This document shows, in pieces, positions 26,801-37,987 of a stretch of 64,000 bases of DNA. The position numbers and the translations under genes are program-made. The stretch's first letter is position 1. Each line of letters begins with the position of its first letter. The notes under the pieces are model-generated. The model was not told the origin of the DNA and ran no database searches. It saw nothing but the letters and a program-made list of their open reading frames with translations. This DNA is from Schizochytrium sp. TIO01 (Eukaryota > Protista > Bigyra: Labyrinthulomycetes), in assembly GCA_004764695.1 (NCBI GenBank), contig SMSO01000034.1, positions 1,736,001-1,800,000 of the forward strand, read 5' to 3'.

Positions 26801-29800
26801 AAAGTTAAGTTGAGAGTAGGACCTTCCACCACAGACTCAGGTGCAGAAAGGACGGACCATCCAAGAATTGCCTTTTTAATGAAAATCTGAGTTTTGAGTT
26901 TTCATGACTTCTTCGTTGCTGATTGCATTTTTAAAAACGTCGGTGGCGGTCTCATCAGTGCTTGGGAAACCAATGTACGAGTAGCCTTCCTAGGCAAATC
27001 AAACAGAACACGGCGATGTCTATCCAAATGCAGATAGATTCTGCTTGCTTCATTCGCTCTGCGTTTGTTTCATAATTGATTTGCTCTTCTTGCACGCACT
27101 AGGTAGTAGCTAGCTACTACTATAATGCCAAAGAAGAAGCCTGTATTATTGTTACTTCTGCTACCTATGTTCAATTCTCTGAAGAATGCAAGTCATGAAT
27201 ACGATGCTCGCAAGCGCAGCAGATTAAGTCGTAGCTATGCCTATGAAGTCTGGTTTAGCAGAGCTCTGTTGCATAGTGAGTTGTTCTAGGTTCCAAGGGG
27301 CGTCTTGTTTTTCAAAGAGTACCTACGACCAAGACTGAAAGCTAAAGCTGAAGCTATTTTCAATTAGGACCACCTAAGAAGGTACCTCTCAGGCTACGAG
27401 TAAAGTTTGAGAACGTATAGTAGTAGACTCGACTGTTTCTTTCTATTAGCTAGGTGCATCGTTCAAGTTGAATTGGCCAAGAGATAAGGGTACTTTTGCT
27501 CCAAATTATCTGTCCGTCGCTGTGTCAGCTTGTATGATCGAGCTCAGTGCTTCATTGTCAAGGATTCCAAGACACGAGAGCTTCTGCTGAAAGATAGGCA
27601 AAATACGTTTTCCATTAAGTCAGGGCTTATACCAAACTCATCTTTACATTTTATTTTCGATTCTTCGAGTTATTTTATTATAATTTTTTCTCATTCATGT
27701 TTTTGTTCTTCTTTTTAATTTTATAATCAAAATTAGGCTATGATATTATATAATATTAATTAGAAAACGCATTAAAAAAAACGTTTTTTGATCAAACTGC
27801 TTTTTATTTATTCTTAAATCAAAACATTTTTATTTTTATGTTTAATAGGTAGCACTAGTTAGGGCTATGCTACACCTAGACACAAATGCTTTGGAGGCGT
27901 TATTGAGAGGCAAACAAAGGGGCCATCTTGTTTGTGGGTAGTTTGTTGTTGTTCAGTTAGTTAGTTTAGTTATGTACGACGTCGGATCCACGAAAACGCA
28001 CGTCAGGTGCAGATTTCCCCTCCGCGGATTCTTGGATTAGTTTTGAAAATATCTAATTCCAAGTACCTTTAAATTTTGGGGCCATGATATCCAATGGGCG
28101 TTGACTTTTGCTTTGACTTTTGCCTTTGCTTTGCTTTGCGTTGCTTTAATGAGTGACGATCGCTGACACCAAGAAAGCAGCCCATGCTGCAAGGAGTTGG
28201 TTTAGCTGGTGAGGTGCTTGCCCGTGTGGAAGGCTTCGAGTTCGGGTGAGCGCGTGCAAACTGGAGGTCGAAGTTTGTGATCACATGAATGTTCGATCAT
28301 CGAGAGAGATCGCCGATACTTGTCGCACAGCCAAGCGGAGCTGGCCATTCCATCGTTTATACAAACCCGCGCGGTCGAAAGGAAGTTCTCAAATCAGAGG
28401 ATCGTCCTCAACCCGTCGAAACTTGAAGTCTGTGGGCCTGGAAAACAGCCTCAAACTCGTGCATGTCAAGGCGTCCTCTTTCGTTTGATCCGTACCTTGT
28501 AAGGAATACTGTACGTACCTAGCTAGCAAAGAGGAGGAGTGGAACTCGTCTGCAGTGAAGAGCGCGCAGTTTCTGTCTTTCCTGGCACATCTACCAACAA
28601 ATTGAAGATGTCAATCAGACCTTCGATCGATCGGTTAATCGATCAATCCATCAGCAGATCGACCAATCGTATCCTTGCAAGCTCAATCAACTTGGCCCTT
28701 TACAGCTAGCTTGCACAAAAAATCATGTAACAACCCGAGTCGAAATGTAGCAGTAGATCATACCCCGAAGCAAGCGGCACTCGCTCGTTCGCACACACAC
28801 ATATACAAACTCAAACTCTCTCTCTCACACACACACTCGCAAAGTAAGTCCAACGACGCAAACGAAGGCGACCTTAGAGACGAAGTCCGCGGAATTCGGC
28901 TGCGATGTGACTGAGCTCATTGGATGCGGCTGAGGAGGTAGCCACTAAGGCGGTGCTAGCTCACAGTAGGCAGTCCGAGAATTCTGGATACGGCCATTTG
29001 AACCTAGGGGAAACTGTAGCTCGCGGGAGCGACGGCGGAATTAATTGGAACGTATGTTTTTGAGATTGTGGAGCGACCCAAAATTCCGCGATCGAGGCAT
29101 TGATTGGGCGAACTGACTGACTGACCATAGTGGGAAATGGGAACTTTGGGCTTGCTTGCGGGTTCTTCTTCAGAGATGGTTTGCAAAGGATCCTTCGAAG
29201 GCAGCAGCAGCAGCAGCAGAAGCACGCACGCACGCACATGTAGGTATTATTCATTCAGGCAGGACTTGAGTCAATCATTGAGTCAATCATTGAGTCGAGT
29301 GAAGGCGAGATTCTGCTGCTGGGCTACACGCGAGTCTTCATGACTGCAGGCGGTTTATAGGGATCGCTGTACCGAACTGACAAACTAGCGTGGCTATGAA
29401 CCCTGGCATGCGTACAAACTCTGTGCTTCGAACAGCCCAAGAAACGTTACTTGGGTGTGATTGCAAAACAAGATATAATTTAATTACCGAGGTGCCATTT
29501 CGTTTGTTCCTTTTTCAAATTGGAGGACAAACCGCGAACATCGAAGGATATCTCGCTGGAATTAATTGATGCAGATATCGACTGGCTCGTGTCTTTCGTA
29601 GCTCGTGCCGGGGACCTGATAGTTCAGGCTAATAGCTCGAAAGGGCTCTGCTGTAATTCTCAGTTGCATGCGTATCCTCCTCAAACCATGCGCCCGCACT
29701 GCCGTATTTGACTTCCAACTGTGTAAGGAAGTGAGGACCTACCAGCTATAGGTAGGCACTTCACCCAAACTCGTGATTCTAAGCTCTTGGTATGGCATCG

Positions 29801-31120
29801 TCCTGTAGTAAGTACGTACCATCTTCGCTGTGTTGTTGACCTTCCTCGCCTTTCTCTTGTCCTGTTGGTTTTGTGAAGGGACAAAATCGAAAGGGTGCCT
29901 AGCACCTACTATCACTCCGCGACCAGCGAATGGATCTACTGCGAGACCTATTGAGCAAGCTCCCCACTCAGACAGGTCCTATCCGTCTAAGCGATCTTTC
30001 CCTTTCTTCTCAATTTTCTCATGAAACTTACAGAACAGGTGGGACTAAGTATTGATTAGCTGCTTTGCATCAAACAGATTATTCATGAGAGCTCAGGTAT
30101 GCAATACTCTGCGTTTCTCATATTCTGACAGAACCCCCTTTCGTCTGAAAGAGTCTGACAACGATTCACGAAAGCAAGGAAGCACTAGCGTGTCTAGCAA
30201 CAACACATCGTTGAAGCCTTACTAACGCTCTTTTCAAGAAGCCCTGAAAACGATTATAAAGCCCGCATGGTATCTAAGAATTCATGAATGCGATCTCGAC
30301 CGAGAAACACAATCGCACTCGATTAGTTCCTTGACTGATTGATTGCTCGATTTTTATACTCTTCAGAAGAAAATACTTTTGTTTTTCTTTAACTCGCTCT
30401 GCTTGATTGCGTAACTGCAGGTGTACAGGCTGACTTGAAGATCAACGAATTTGCACTTCTAGGCTTTCTTTAATGGATTGTAATTACCTTTCGTCAGAGC
30501 AAGAGAGCAAGAGCCCCATGCTTGAGACAAGCATTATTATTTCACTAATACAGTACAGGTGGTGGTGGCCATCTAAGTACTAGTGGCCAAATGTATACGT
30601 GCAAGAGAATGCAGAGTAGGTAAGCACCTATCTACCTAAGTAGGCTTATAACCATTGCTTCTCTGTATACCATGAAAAAATGAAGTAGGCACCTGTTTGT
30701 ACTAGGTGTACTACTATTCCACGTACTGATATGCGTTCGCCCAAGAAAAAAATAAAAACATCATAGGAGTAAATACAAACGTACCTAGATACCTCTGAGA
30801 GTGCTACTGCTCGTAGCAGAATTTTCTCGATCCTCCCTTCTTTAATAATTATTGTATTACGGCCTGTATGAAGTGCTCATTTCGTATTTCATGTGTTTCA
30901 AAGTGTTTTAAAACTAAGCAGTAGGAAGTCAACCCTTCGTTTCCAGTACCTTGCTCGAATTTGAACTAGATAACATATGTCTAACAAAGAATCGAATAAA
31001 CCAGTTAAGATTGGCTCTGATTTTGCTCATCAAAATAGTACTAGACCAAGCTCTAAATTAGTTGCATGAAAGGAACAAGAAAAAACAGCATCAACAGGTA
31101 CTTAGATGCTTATTTACACA

Positions 31121-34100
31121 TTAAAAATCAGCTTTGCTATGATCAAAGAGACCTGAACGGTCAATAACAATGTCACGGAGGCGCTTTACAAGAGGTTGAA
31201 AAGTGCCAGACGGCGCGCAAGTTCCCTCAGCGTCATCTAGGAGGGAAGGATCTTCTAGTGAATCTACCACGACAGTGAAATAAACCCCAGGAGAAATATC
31301 ACATTTGGATGGTGGAAAGTTACTCAAGATTGGAAGCTGAGGAAGCTCATTGTTGAGTTTCATTGAAGCAAACTCGCGCCTCGTCGATTCCAGGACAATG
31401 CTTGTGCCTCTCACATGATGAAGTTCTACTATGTGTGTTCGTTCAACTTCAAGGAATACCTCTTGCGCGTCAGGGGGGCCTTGAAGTAGCACATGCTGTT
31501 GTTGCTGCTCTCGAATTCGCAACGCAGCTGGTGAATCAGACTCTGTGAGCTCCTTCGTGAGATAAAACCGGCGGTAAGCAATATACCGACGCTTGAAACG
31601 ATCTTCGAAAATAGCAACAACTCTACCCAAGTGCTCACAATTTCGACGCGGGTTCCACACATGTACAACCGTACGCATATGAGCCGACATACTCAGTTCT
31701 TGATGCAACACGACACTGTTGAAGAACTGAAGAGGGCAAGCTGGAACTCCACGCGAGAGTACTTCGACACACTCTTCGCACCGTGGTTGGGCCATTACCC
31801 AGTGTTTTGAACAACATGGTAGAGTAATGCCTGATGGCAAAGCACCTGGTGGAACATGCTGAAGATTACCTCGGAGCTGAACCCACGAAGATTGATCTTC
31901 CACAGGCCCAACTAAGGCTTGAAGCTGCTCTGGTCGAAGGTGCAAACTCTGGACATGAGCTGTCAGCTCCTTTTGTGTATGAAAACGTTCAGGGCAACCA
32001 GGTCGCCCGCATCGGAATGGATAATACGATCGAACTTCTTGCTCCGCCAACTTTCGCTCCTCTTCAGCGTCATACAATGGCTTAACTCCGGCTCGCGACC
32101 GAGCTCGAAGGATACTCTTATTCTCTTTGGGTATCCAGGGTGCGATACGTGGCCAATATGCATGCAAACGATGATCAATCTCGGGTTGATCATTCGCCAA
32201 GCGAAATTTACCCACGTGTTCTTGCTGTATATGAGCCTCGGCATCCCTATCCGTCATAAATGCATGTCCACACCCTGGAAAAGTGCATGTATACTTTCGA
32301 ATGTCTCTGTCCATGTGCTTGTGAACCAGATTCGGCCTTATACGTGGAGCGCGGGCCAAATCATACACATCCTTCATTTCTATCGCGCCAAGCTTCTCTC
32401 GAAGTTCCTGGTCAGAGAAGCTGGCTAAGTCAACACTTGTGGGCTTTGGAAGGGCTTTTTCCTCTGGAGAACTCGTTGATAATGTTGGAATATCCCCCTC
32501 GTCCTTGGATGACTTTTGCTTGTTTATTGAAACTTGGCTCACCTTTTTCAAATCATTTGTGTCTAAAGGAAAGCTTACTGATATGTGTCGAGAATACGCA
32601 TCAATGGCGTTTAGACTTTGACCTCCAGAAGTATTCCCTGCTTGGTGTAGCACCTGCTGCAAACCAAGTGTTGTGGAAGGTCGAGGAAGAGTTGCTGGGA
32701 GACCTCCTCGTGGTCCTGGTGTAGACTTGTAAAAACCCAGCCTTTGTAGAGATCGATCCAGCATACTCGCACGATCGGGCCTAGGTTTTAGGGAGCTTTC
32801 AACTCTCTTACGTAGCTTTGTAGATATTGGAAGCTCCTTGTTCAATGTTCCTGTTCGAATGTCATAAACTAATTTGCGCCAGTGGCGATCCAAGAATGCA
32901 AAAGACTGAAAAACATAAGCTACAAATGCTGGCCAGTCTTCGAGCAAGCCACACTCCTCACTTGATAATGCCAATAACATATCTACGTACAGAGGAGCCA
33001 TATTGGTTTCCATACGTAAATTGTCTTTGACGATGAGAGGAACTGGATCTGTAACCTGAAAAGTGCGAGCAAAATTGTCTGGACTTGTCCACATATCTTC
33101 TTGAGACATTGTTGAGCGAATTTCACGTCTACGTTTCTCGGCACGCACGACACGCTCCACGTAAGCTGGCTTGGTCCCTCCATGCAAACGATCCTCTAAC
33201 GTTCGTCCTTCGCGGGTCCATGGTCGCACCAAGTGTGCAGATGTGTGGGGCCGAGCGGCGCTTTCGAGTAACAATTTACCCAGCGCATCTGGCTTGCAGG
33301 TCTCAGCATGTTGTGCAGAGTACTCAAGGCTTAACTGCGCAGATTGGAAAGCTGCTGCTTGTGGATCAAGCAATGGAGGTAACAGTGCCTGTGCATGATC
33401 ACCCTTTCGTTGCTTTCGCAAGGGACTCTGATTTCCCCTAGTTCTTTTATTATTTGTAATTTCATTCGTACTCGGTCGACAATACTTTTCATCTTCAACT
33501 TTGTCACAACCGCCGTAAATGCCAGCAACCTTAGTTGTGCCTGGGCGTCGTCGTTGTTGTTGTTGTTGCGATTCAAGCCGTTCAATGTCTCCTATCCCAG
33601 GAATCACGTGTGATGTTTGTGGACGGGCTGTCCCAGGGTACGTGTCTCGGGGATTCACACTACTGTTCCAGGTACCGTCTTGCTTCAGCTCACGAACAAT
33701 TTGTTCGGATTCTTTTGTAATATCACTAATGATTTTTTGTCCCAGACGCTGAAAAGCACGAGTTGCGCTCTTTTTACTCATATTCACAGCTGGAAGGACT
33801 TGCACGGGGGTTTGTGCATGAAGAGGAGCTCGGGAGCAGCCTATTGCAGTCTTGGCACGAACAGCAAGATCCTCTGAACTATAGTGCATTTTGAACTGAC
33901 TTGGGCTTAAGTGCGTGCCAACGACATTGCGAGGCATTTCTGCAGGACCTGGCGGAGCAAGCATGCGTTGTAACTCTGTTTTAGAGAGAGCTTCAGACTC
34001 CGAGCCTGGAGTTCTGCCCGCACGAATCTTTGGAATCATGCTGTGCATTGCAACGTAGTGGCCACAACTACAAACAGCACGACTACTACCACTATTCGAC

Positions 34101-37100
34101 CCAGCGTGATACCTCTTGCAGTCACATTTCAAGCAAGGTCCATAGGTCACGCATGTCGGACATGCCCATGCCCGATGCTTCTCACAAGCATGTGTTTCCT
34201 GCCTCACATAACGTAAGAAATCGACATAATTTATAGAACCATCATTCCGGGACCACCGCTTCACAAGGGCCTTGATCTGTGATTCAGGTATGCGGTACAT
34301 CATTTGGCGAAGGCCTTGCTCAAATTCGTAGCGACGAATGCGACCCGTATTACCAGCGTCAAATGCCACAAAGGGTAGCTTGCTCCAAAGATTTGCGTGG
34401 GGTGACTTCTCTACACGACCAGCATCGTCATCGTCATCGTTGCTGTCTCTGGCCGTGTCTGCGTCCTGCTTAGGTGCAGAAGATGCATCGCCCTCTGAAT
34501 CACTACAACATGGATCGGAATCACGGTCAAATTCGCTGTTACTCTTGATTTCCATATCATCATCATCGGCCTCTTGATTTGACGACCCCTTTCTAGCTAG
34601 CTTAGTGTTTTGTTTCTCCTTTTTCATCGTTCTCTCCTCGTCCCTTTTCGTCGATAAGTCTTTGTCTTTCGTAAGATCATCCCCCGCTTTATCATTGCTT
34701 GCTTCATCACTGTCCGAAATCCCTCGTCGACGCCAAAACCGGGGTGGACCACGGCGAATTCCAGCAAGCAAATCTTGCATGCGAACCTCGTCTCGATCCA
34801 TCCAGAACTTTGCTTCACCATTCGTAAGTACCGGTCTACCGTAATTGGTGCGCGGAATGAAGCGATCATATGAAGTTCGTGGACGATCCGTATTCAGCCA
34901 CCGCCAAGCCTTTTCGACGGCCTCGCGCTCAATGTTTGCAATAATTCGAGCTCGAAATCCACGCCAAACTGCCTGAATCTTGATGAAAGGTCTTTCATCG
35001 ATGACCTCTTTTACAACTGATTTGCGAATTACTAGAAACGACTTATAGCGCTGCTGAATAATAGATGCTGCGCGATGTCTTCGAATTTTGGTGATTCGCA
35101 CTTGTCGCATGCGCATGTAATAGATTTTTCGTCGTGCTGCCCGCTGAATCTTAGTTGCACATTTATGTAGATATCGTTGATATTCCATAGCCTTTTCCGC
35201 TCGCCACCTCTTTATATATCGTTTTAAATAGCGCACTAATAGCATGTGGGCCCAGGTTGCGTCGGCCCGTTTTGCACGAAACTCGCCTACAACTTGGCGT
35301 CCCACAATATTGAGACGCATTACAAAGCCACGAAAAACACGTTGGATATTTCTTGCTGCACGCATGCGCCTCATCTCACGACGCGTAATGTGACCACGGG
35401 CAACTTTTTGTAAAAGTGCAACTGCACGACGTTGTGCCATTCTATACTTCTCAACGTGCTTCCTTGCTTGTATTCGCCGGACAGTCTTTTGAATTACAGT
35501 GGCTGCTGCCCAGCGTCGATGTGTAATTGTTGCCCGTTGAACTTGTGCTGCTGATCGACGGCAATAAAAGCCACGAAAAGCTCGTTGAATACGTGTTGCA
35601 TAGACATGACCAAGTAAGACCCGACGTAAGGCCCTACGCTGGTCTTGATAATGTTCGATAGCTAGCTGCACTGTCTTATGGCGTTGTGAAAACGCTTCAA
35701 GTTTATCAATGACTCTATACATAACATCACGAGCCAATTCTTGAGGACGCACTTGCTGGATAAATTGTACAACATGATTTGGCGCCCTCAATAGTTTTTG
35801 TTTCTTCTCTGGAAGAAGTTGGAATTTGGCGTCTCGGCGTGATTGTGCTCGAGCATCAATCGCCTCAATCTCAGACTGTTCACCGCGACTTAATTTAGGA
35901 CGAAGCGAGTGTTCGCGAGGGACATATTCCTCCTCGCGGATAGCACGTACACCTGGAGGTACAAGTAATCCACCAATATAATTCCACTGCCCATGCTTCA
36001 CATCAGGAGCATTCCCAGTTCGGATGGTGTAGTGAGATCGACACAAGCCCAGTTCGTTCGGCTCTGTAATTTTTGGTGATTGACCAGGGTGCTCCATATG
36101 ACATCTCTGAGTGTGGTAGCCACACATTAACCCGAAGCGGTTTAGAACTTTATTTTCGCATGTAAGCTTATCACCATGTGGTGCTATGCCCACCCAACGG
36201 CATGTTTGTCTTGATGCACTCTCATGTTCTTCCTTCTCGGCATCTGCAGCGGCTTGCAAAGCAAGCTCTTTAACCTGAGCAAGCTTTGAAACAACTTCGG
36301 GCCTGACGATATGTGTTCCAGGACACCTATGCCGCTCAAGTCGACGCGGGATCCGCCCACGAGATCTTTTATAGCAGGAATTACAGAGCGCTTCGTCATT
36401 CGGATGTCGTACTCGAGGTTGGCCTTCACCTGCATGGGCTTCCAAATCTGAACAAGTCTGAGCATGGAATGCGCACCATCGCAAGGTTGCACCAGATGCA
36501 GCCTTGAAGCGTGGATTCACGCAGTAATAGTTGACTCCATCCACCGTATCTTTGTATAGGCAGGTATCGATGCGAATTTTAATAAGATTCTCCTCCAACT
36601 TTTTTCGTTGCTGTTGTTCTTTTTCTTTTTTTTCGCGCTGTCTCTTTGCCTCGCTTTCTCTAATGGCCCCAGAAAAAACAAGCTGCTTACGTTGACGAGC
36701 CCTCACCTTCATATCATACCGTTTCCGGGCTTCGCGCTCCCGTTGAAATAAAGAACGCGGGTCGAGGGTCCAATCCCAGGCCTCGTTCATCTCATAATCC
36801 TTTTTCCATTTATTCGCCTGCGCAAGCTCAAATTCGTCGTCATCCTCTTCGATTTCTTCAACAAGAGCACGTAGCCTCTTATGGTCCTTTGAGATTTGGT
36901 TGCGACGCTTCTCCCACGCATCCTTCTGCTCTTTCGCGAGCAGTTCACGCAACTGGACCACGAGTTCACCTTTACTACCGGAGGTATTCTGGCATCCTCG
37001 TGCACGTAAGTGCAGCCTCAGATCCCGCAGGCTCAGCGCCAGCGGGTCGATCTGGCTACCCCACGGGCCGCACGTCTCCACGAAAATCACATTATCCGCA

Positions 37101-37120
37101 TCCGCATCACTGCTAAGCAT
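31121..37120 (-). CDS. ~2000-aa multidomain protein: SAP-like, 2 Cys/His repeats, ~7 IQ motifs, EF-hand pair, GH3-like helical fragment, 2 C2H2 fingers, BAH-like C-terminus
   Basis: 6 kb uninterrupted ORF. IQ motifs include IQRAFRG, IQKTVRR, LQKVARG, IQRVFRG and IQAVWRG. EF-hand FDAGNTGRI...DGSINYVDFL. C2H2 fingers CTFPGC..F.....AEAHIQQEH and CGRPGC..F.....LTAHVQSLH. First ATG is at 37120. Confidence 0.9.
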   Translation of the reverse strand: MLSSDADADNVIFVETCGPWGSQIDPLALSLRDLRLHLRARGCQNTSGSKGELVVQLRELLAKEQKDAWEKRRNQISKDHKRLRALVEEIEEDDDEFELAQANKWKKDYEMNEAWDWTLDPRSLFQREREARKRYDMKVRARQRKQLVFSGAIRESEAKRQREKKEKEQQQRKKLEENLIKIRIDTCLYKDTVDGVNYYCVNPRFKAASGATLRWCAFHAQTCSDLEAHAGEGQPRVRHPNDEALCNSCYKRSRGRIPRRLERHRCPGTHIVRPEVVSKLAQVKELALQAAADAEKEEHESASRQTCRWVGIAPHGDKLTCENKVLNRFGLMCGYHTQRCHMEHPGQSPKITEPNELGLCRSHYTIRTGNAPDVKHGQWNYIGGLLVPPGVRAIREEEYVPREHSLRPKLSRGEQSEIEAIDARAQSRRDAKFQLLPEKKQKLLRAPNHVVQFIQQVRPQELARDVMYRVIDKLEAFSQRHKTVQLAIEHYQDQRRALRRVLLGHVYATRIQRAFRGFYCRRSAAQVQRATITHRRWAAATVIQKTVRRIQARKHVEKYRMAQRRAVALLQKVARGHITRREMRRMRAARNIQRVFRGFVMRLNIVGRQVVGEFRAKRADATWAHMLLVRYLKRYIKRWRAEKAMEYQRYLHKCATKIQRAARRKIYYMRMRQVRITKIRRHRAASIIQQRYKSFLVIRKSVVKEVIDERPFIKIQAVWRGFRARIIANIEREAVEKAWRWLNTDRPRTSYDRFIPRTNYGRPVLTNGEAKFWMDRDEVRMQDLLAGIRRGPPRFWRRRGISDSDEASNDKAGDDLTKDKDLSTKRDEERTMKKEKQNTKLARKGSSNQEADDDDMEIKSNSEFDRDSDPCCSDSEGDASSAPKQDADTARDSNDDDDDAGRVEKSPHANLWSKLPFVAFDAGNTGRIRRYEFEQGLRQMMYRIPESQIKALVKRWSRNDGSINYVDFLRYVRQETHACEKHRAWACPTCVTYGPCLKCDCKRYHAGSNSGSSRAVCSCGHYVAMHSMIPKIRAGRTPGSESEALSKTELQRMLAPPGPAEMPRNVVGTHLSPSQFKMHYSSEDLAVRAKTAIGCSRAPLHAQTPVQVLPAVNMSKKSATRAFQRLGQKIISDITKESEQIVRELKQDGTWNSSVNPRDTYPGTARPQTSHVIPGIGDIERLESQQQQQRRRPGTTKVAGIYGGCDKVEDEKYCRPSTNEITNNKRTRGNQSPLRKQRKGDHAQALLPPLLDPQAAAFQSAQLSLEYSAQHAETCKPDALGKLLLESAARPHTSAHLVRPWTREGRTLEDRLHGGTKPAYVERVVRAEKRRREIRSTMSQEDMWTSPDNFARTFQVTDPVPLIVKDNLRMETNMAPLYVDMLLALSSEECGLLEDWPAFVAYVFQSFAFLDRHWRKLVYDIRTGTLNKELPISTKLRKRVESSLKPRPDRASMLDRSLQRLGFYKSTPGPRGGLPATLPRPSTTLGLQQVLHQAGNTSGGQSLNAIDAYSRHISVSFPLDTNDLKKVSQVSINKQKSSKDEGDIPTLSTSSPEEKALPKPTSVDLASFSDQELREKLGAIEMKDVYDLARAPRIRPNLVHKHMDRDIRKYTCTFPGCGHAFMTDRDAEAHIQQEHVGKFRLANDQPEIDHRLHAYWPRIAPWIPKENKSILRARSRAGVKPLYDAEEERKLAEQEVRSYYPFRCGRPGCPERFHTQKELTAHVQSLHLRPEQLQALVGPVEDQSSWVQLRGNLQHVPPGALPSGITLPCCSKHWVMAQPRCEECVEVLSRGVPACPLQFFNSVVLHQELSMSAHMRTVVHVWNPRRNCEHLGRVVAIFEDRFKRRYIAYRRFYLTKELTESDSPAALRIREQQQQHVLLQGPPDAQEVFLEVERTHIVELHHVRGTSIVLESTRREFASMKLNNELPQLPILSNFPPSKCDISPGVYFTVVVDSLEDPSLLDDAEGTCAPSGTFQPLVKRLRDIVIDRSGLFDHSKADF

Positions 37121-37987
37121 GTCAGCCACCCCAACCGCAGCCTCTGTGCTTTTTCAGTACCTAATCGCTGCACCACGACATCTAAGGACAACCTCCACAC
37201 AGCCTAATTTAATCGCTTCGATCGCGCTCTCTCGAGTCTCCCAAACTTTGAGAGAGCACACCCGTGCACAATTCCAAAGCTCAGGCGCACTACCGACTAA
37301 CATCCTCAAGCTCCTTGAATGAAGTTCAACACCGCTTCTGCTACCTCGGTACACACCGTTACTCACCATGCCGTGAACGGAAACGTGGGCAACCGGCAAA
37401 ACAACCTACTATGCCTAAGATACCCCGATTTACCCGAGATGCATTTCTTTGGGCCTTGTCTTTCCTAATTCTCCCACCCCTAGGGATTCTACTAGAACGT
37501 GGATAGGAGCCGAGGTTCTTCTTAGTATGGCAATGGAAATGAAATTGAGCCAGCCATATAAGTACCTAATGTAGACTAGCGCTGTTCTGTTCTTTACAGC
37601 TCGTTCTGTTATTTTCATTCTGGCATAACTTGAGACCAAAATAGTTTTGTCAAGGACTCGGAGGCTCAGGCTTGCGATCTTGAGCTCACGCAGACGTGAA
37701 GTTGAGGACACCAGAGCATAGGAGCGCCGAGGGTGGATCTGTGTTTGTGGTGCTGAGGAGTCAGAGCTTGACTAGGCAGACAGGAGCGGGAAGGGCTGCC
37801 ACACACCACGTGATTGGGGGAGTTGATTTTGGGATAAGAAGGCCAAAAGCTGATCAATAACTCTCGCGAAAAGTTCTAGGTACTTCGCTCTAGCTGTCCA
37901 GAGTGTACTTGATCACTTCAGAAAGGAAAGGGAGCTGGGCTGTGGATACGAGAAGTCAGCGGTAGCTAAGTTTCAACCTTTGACAAG

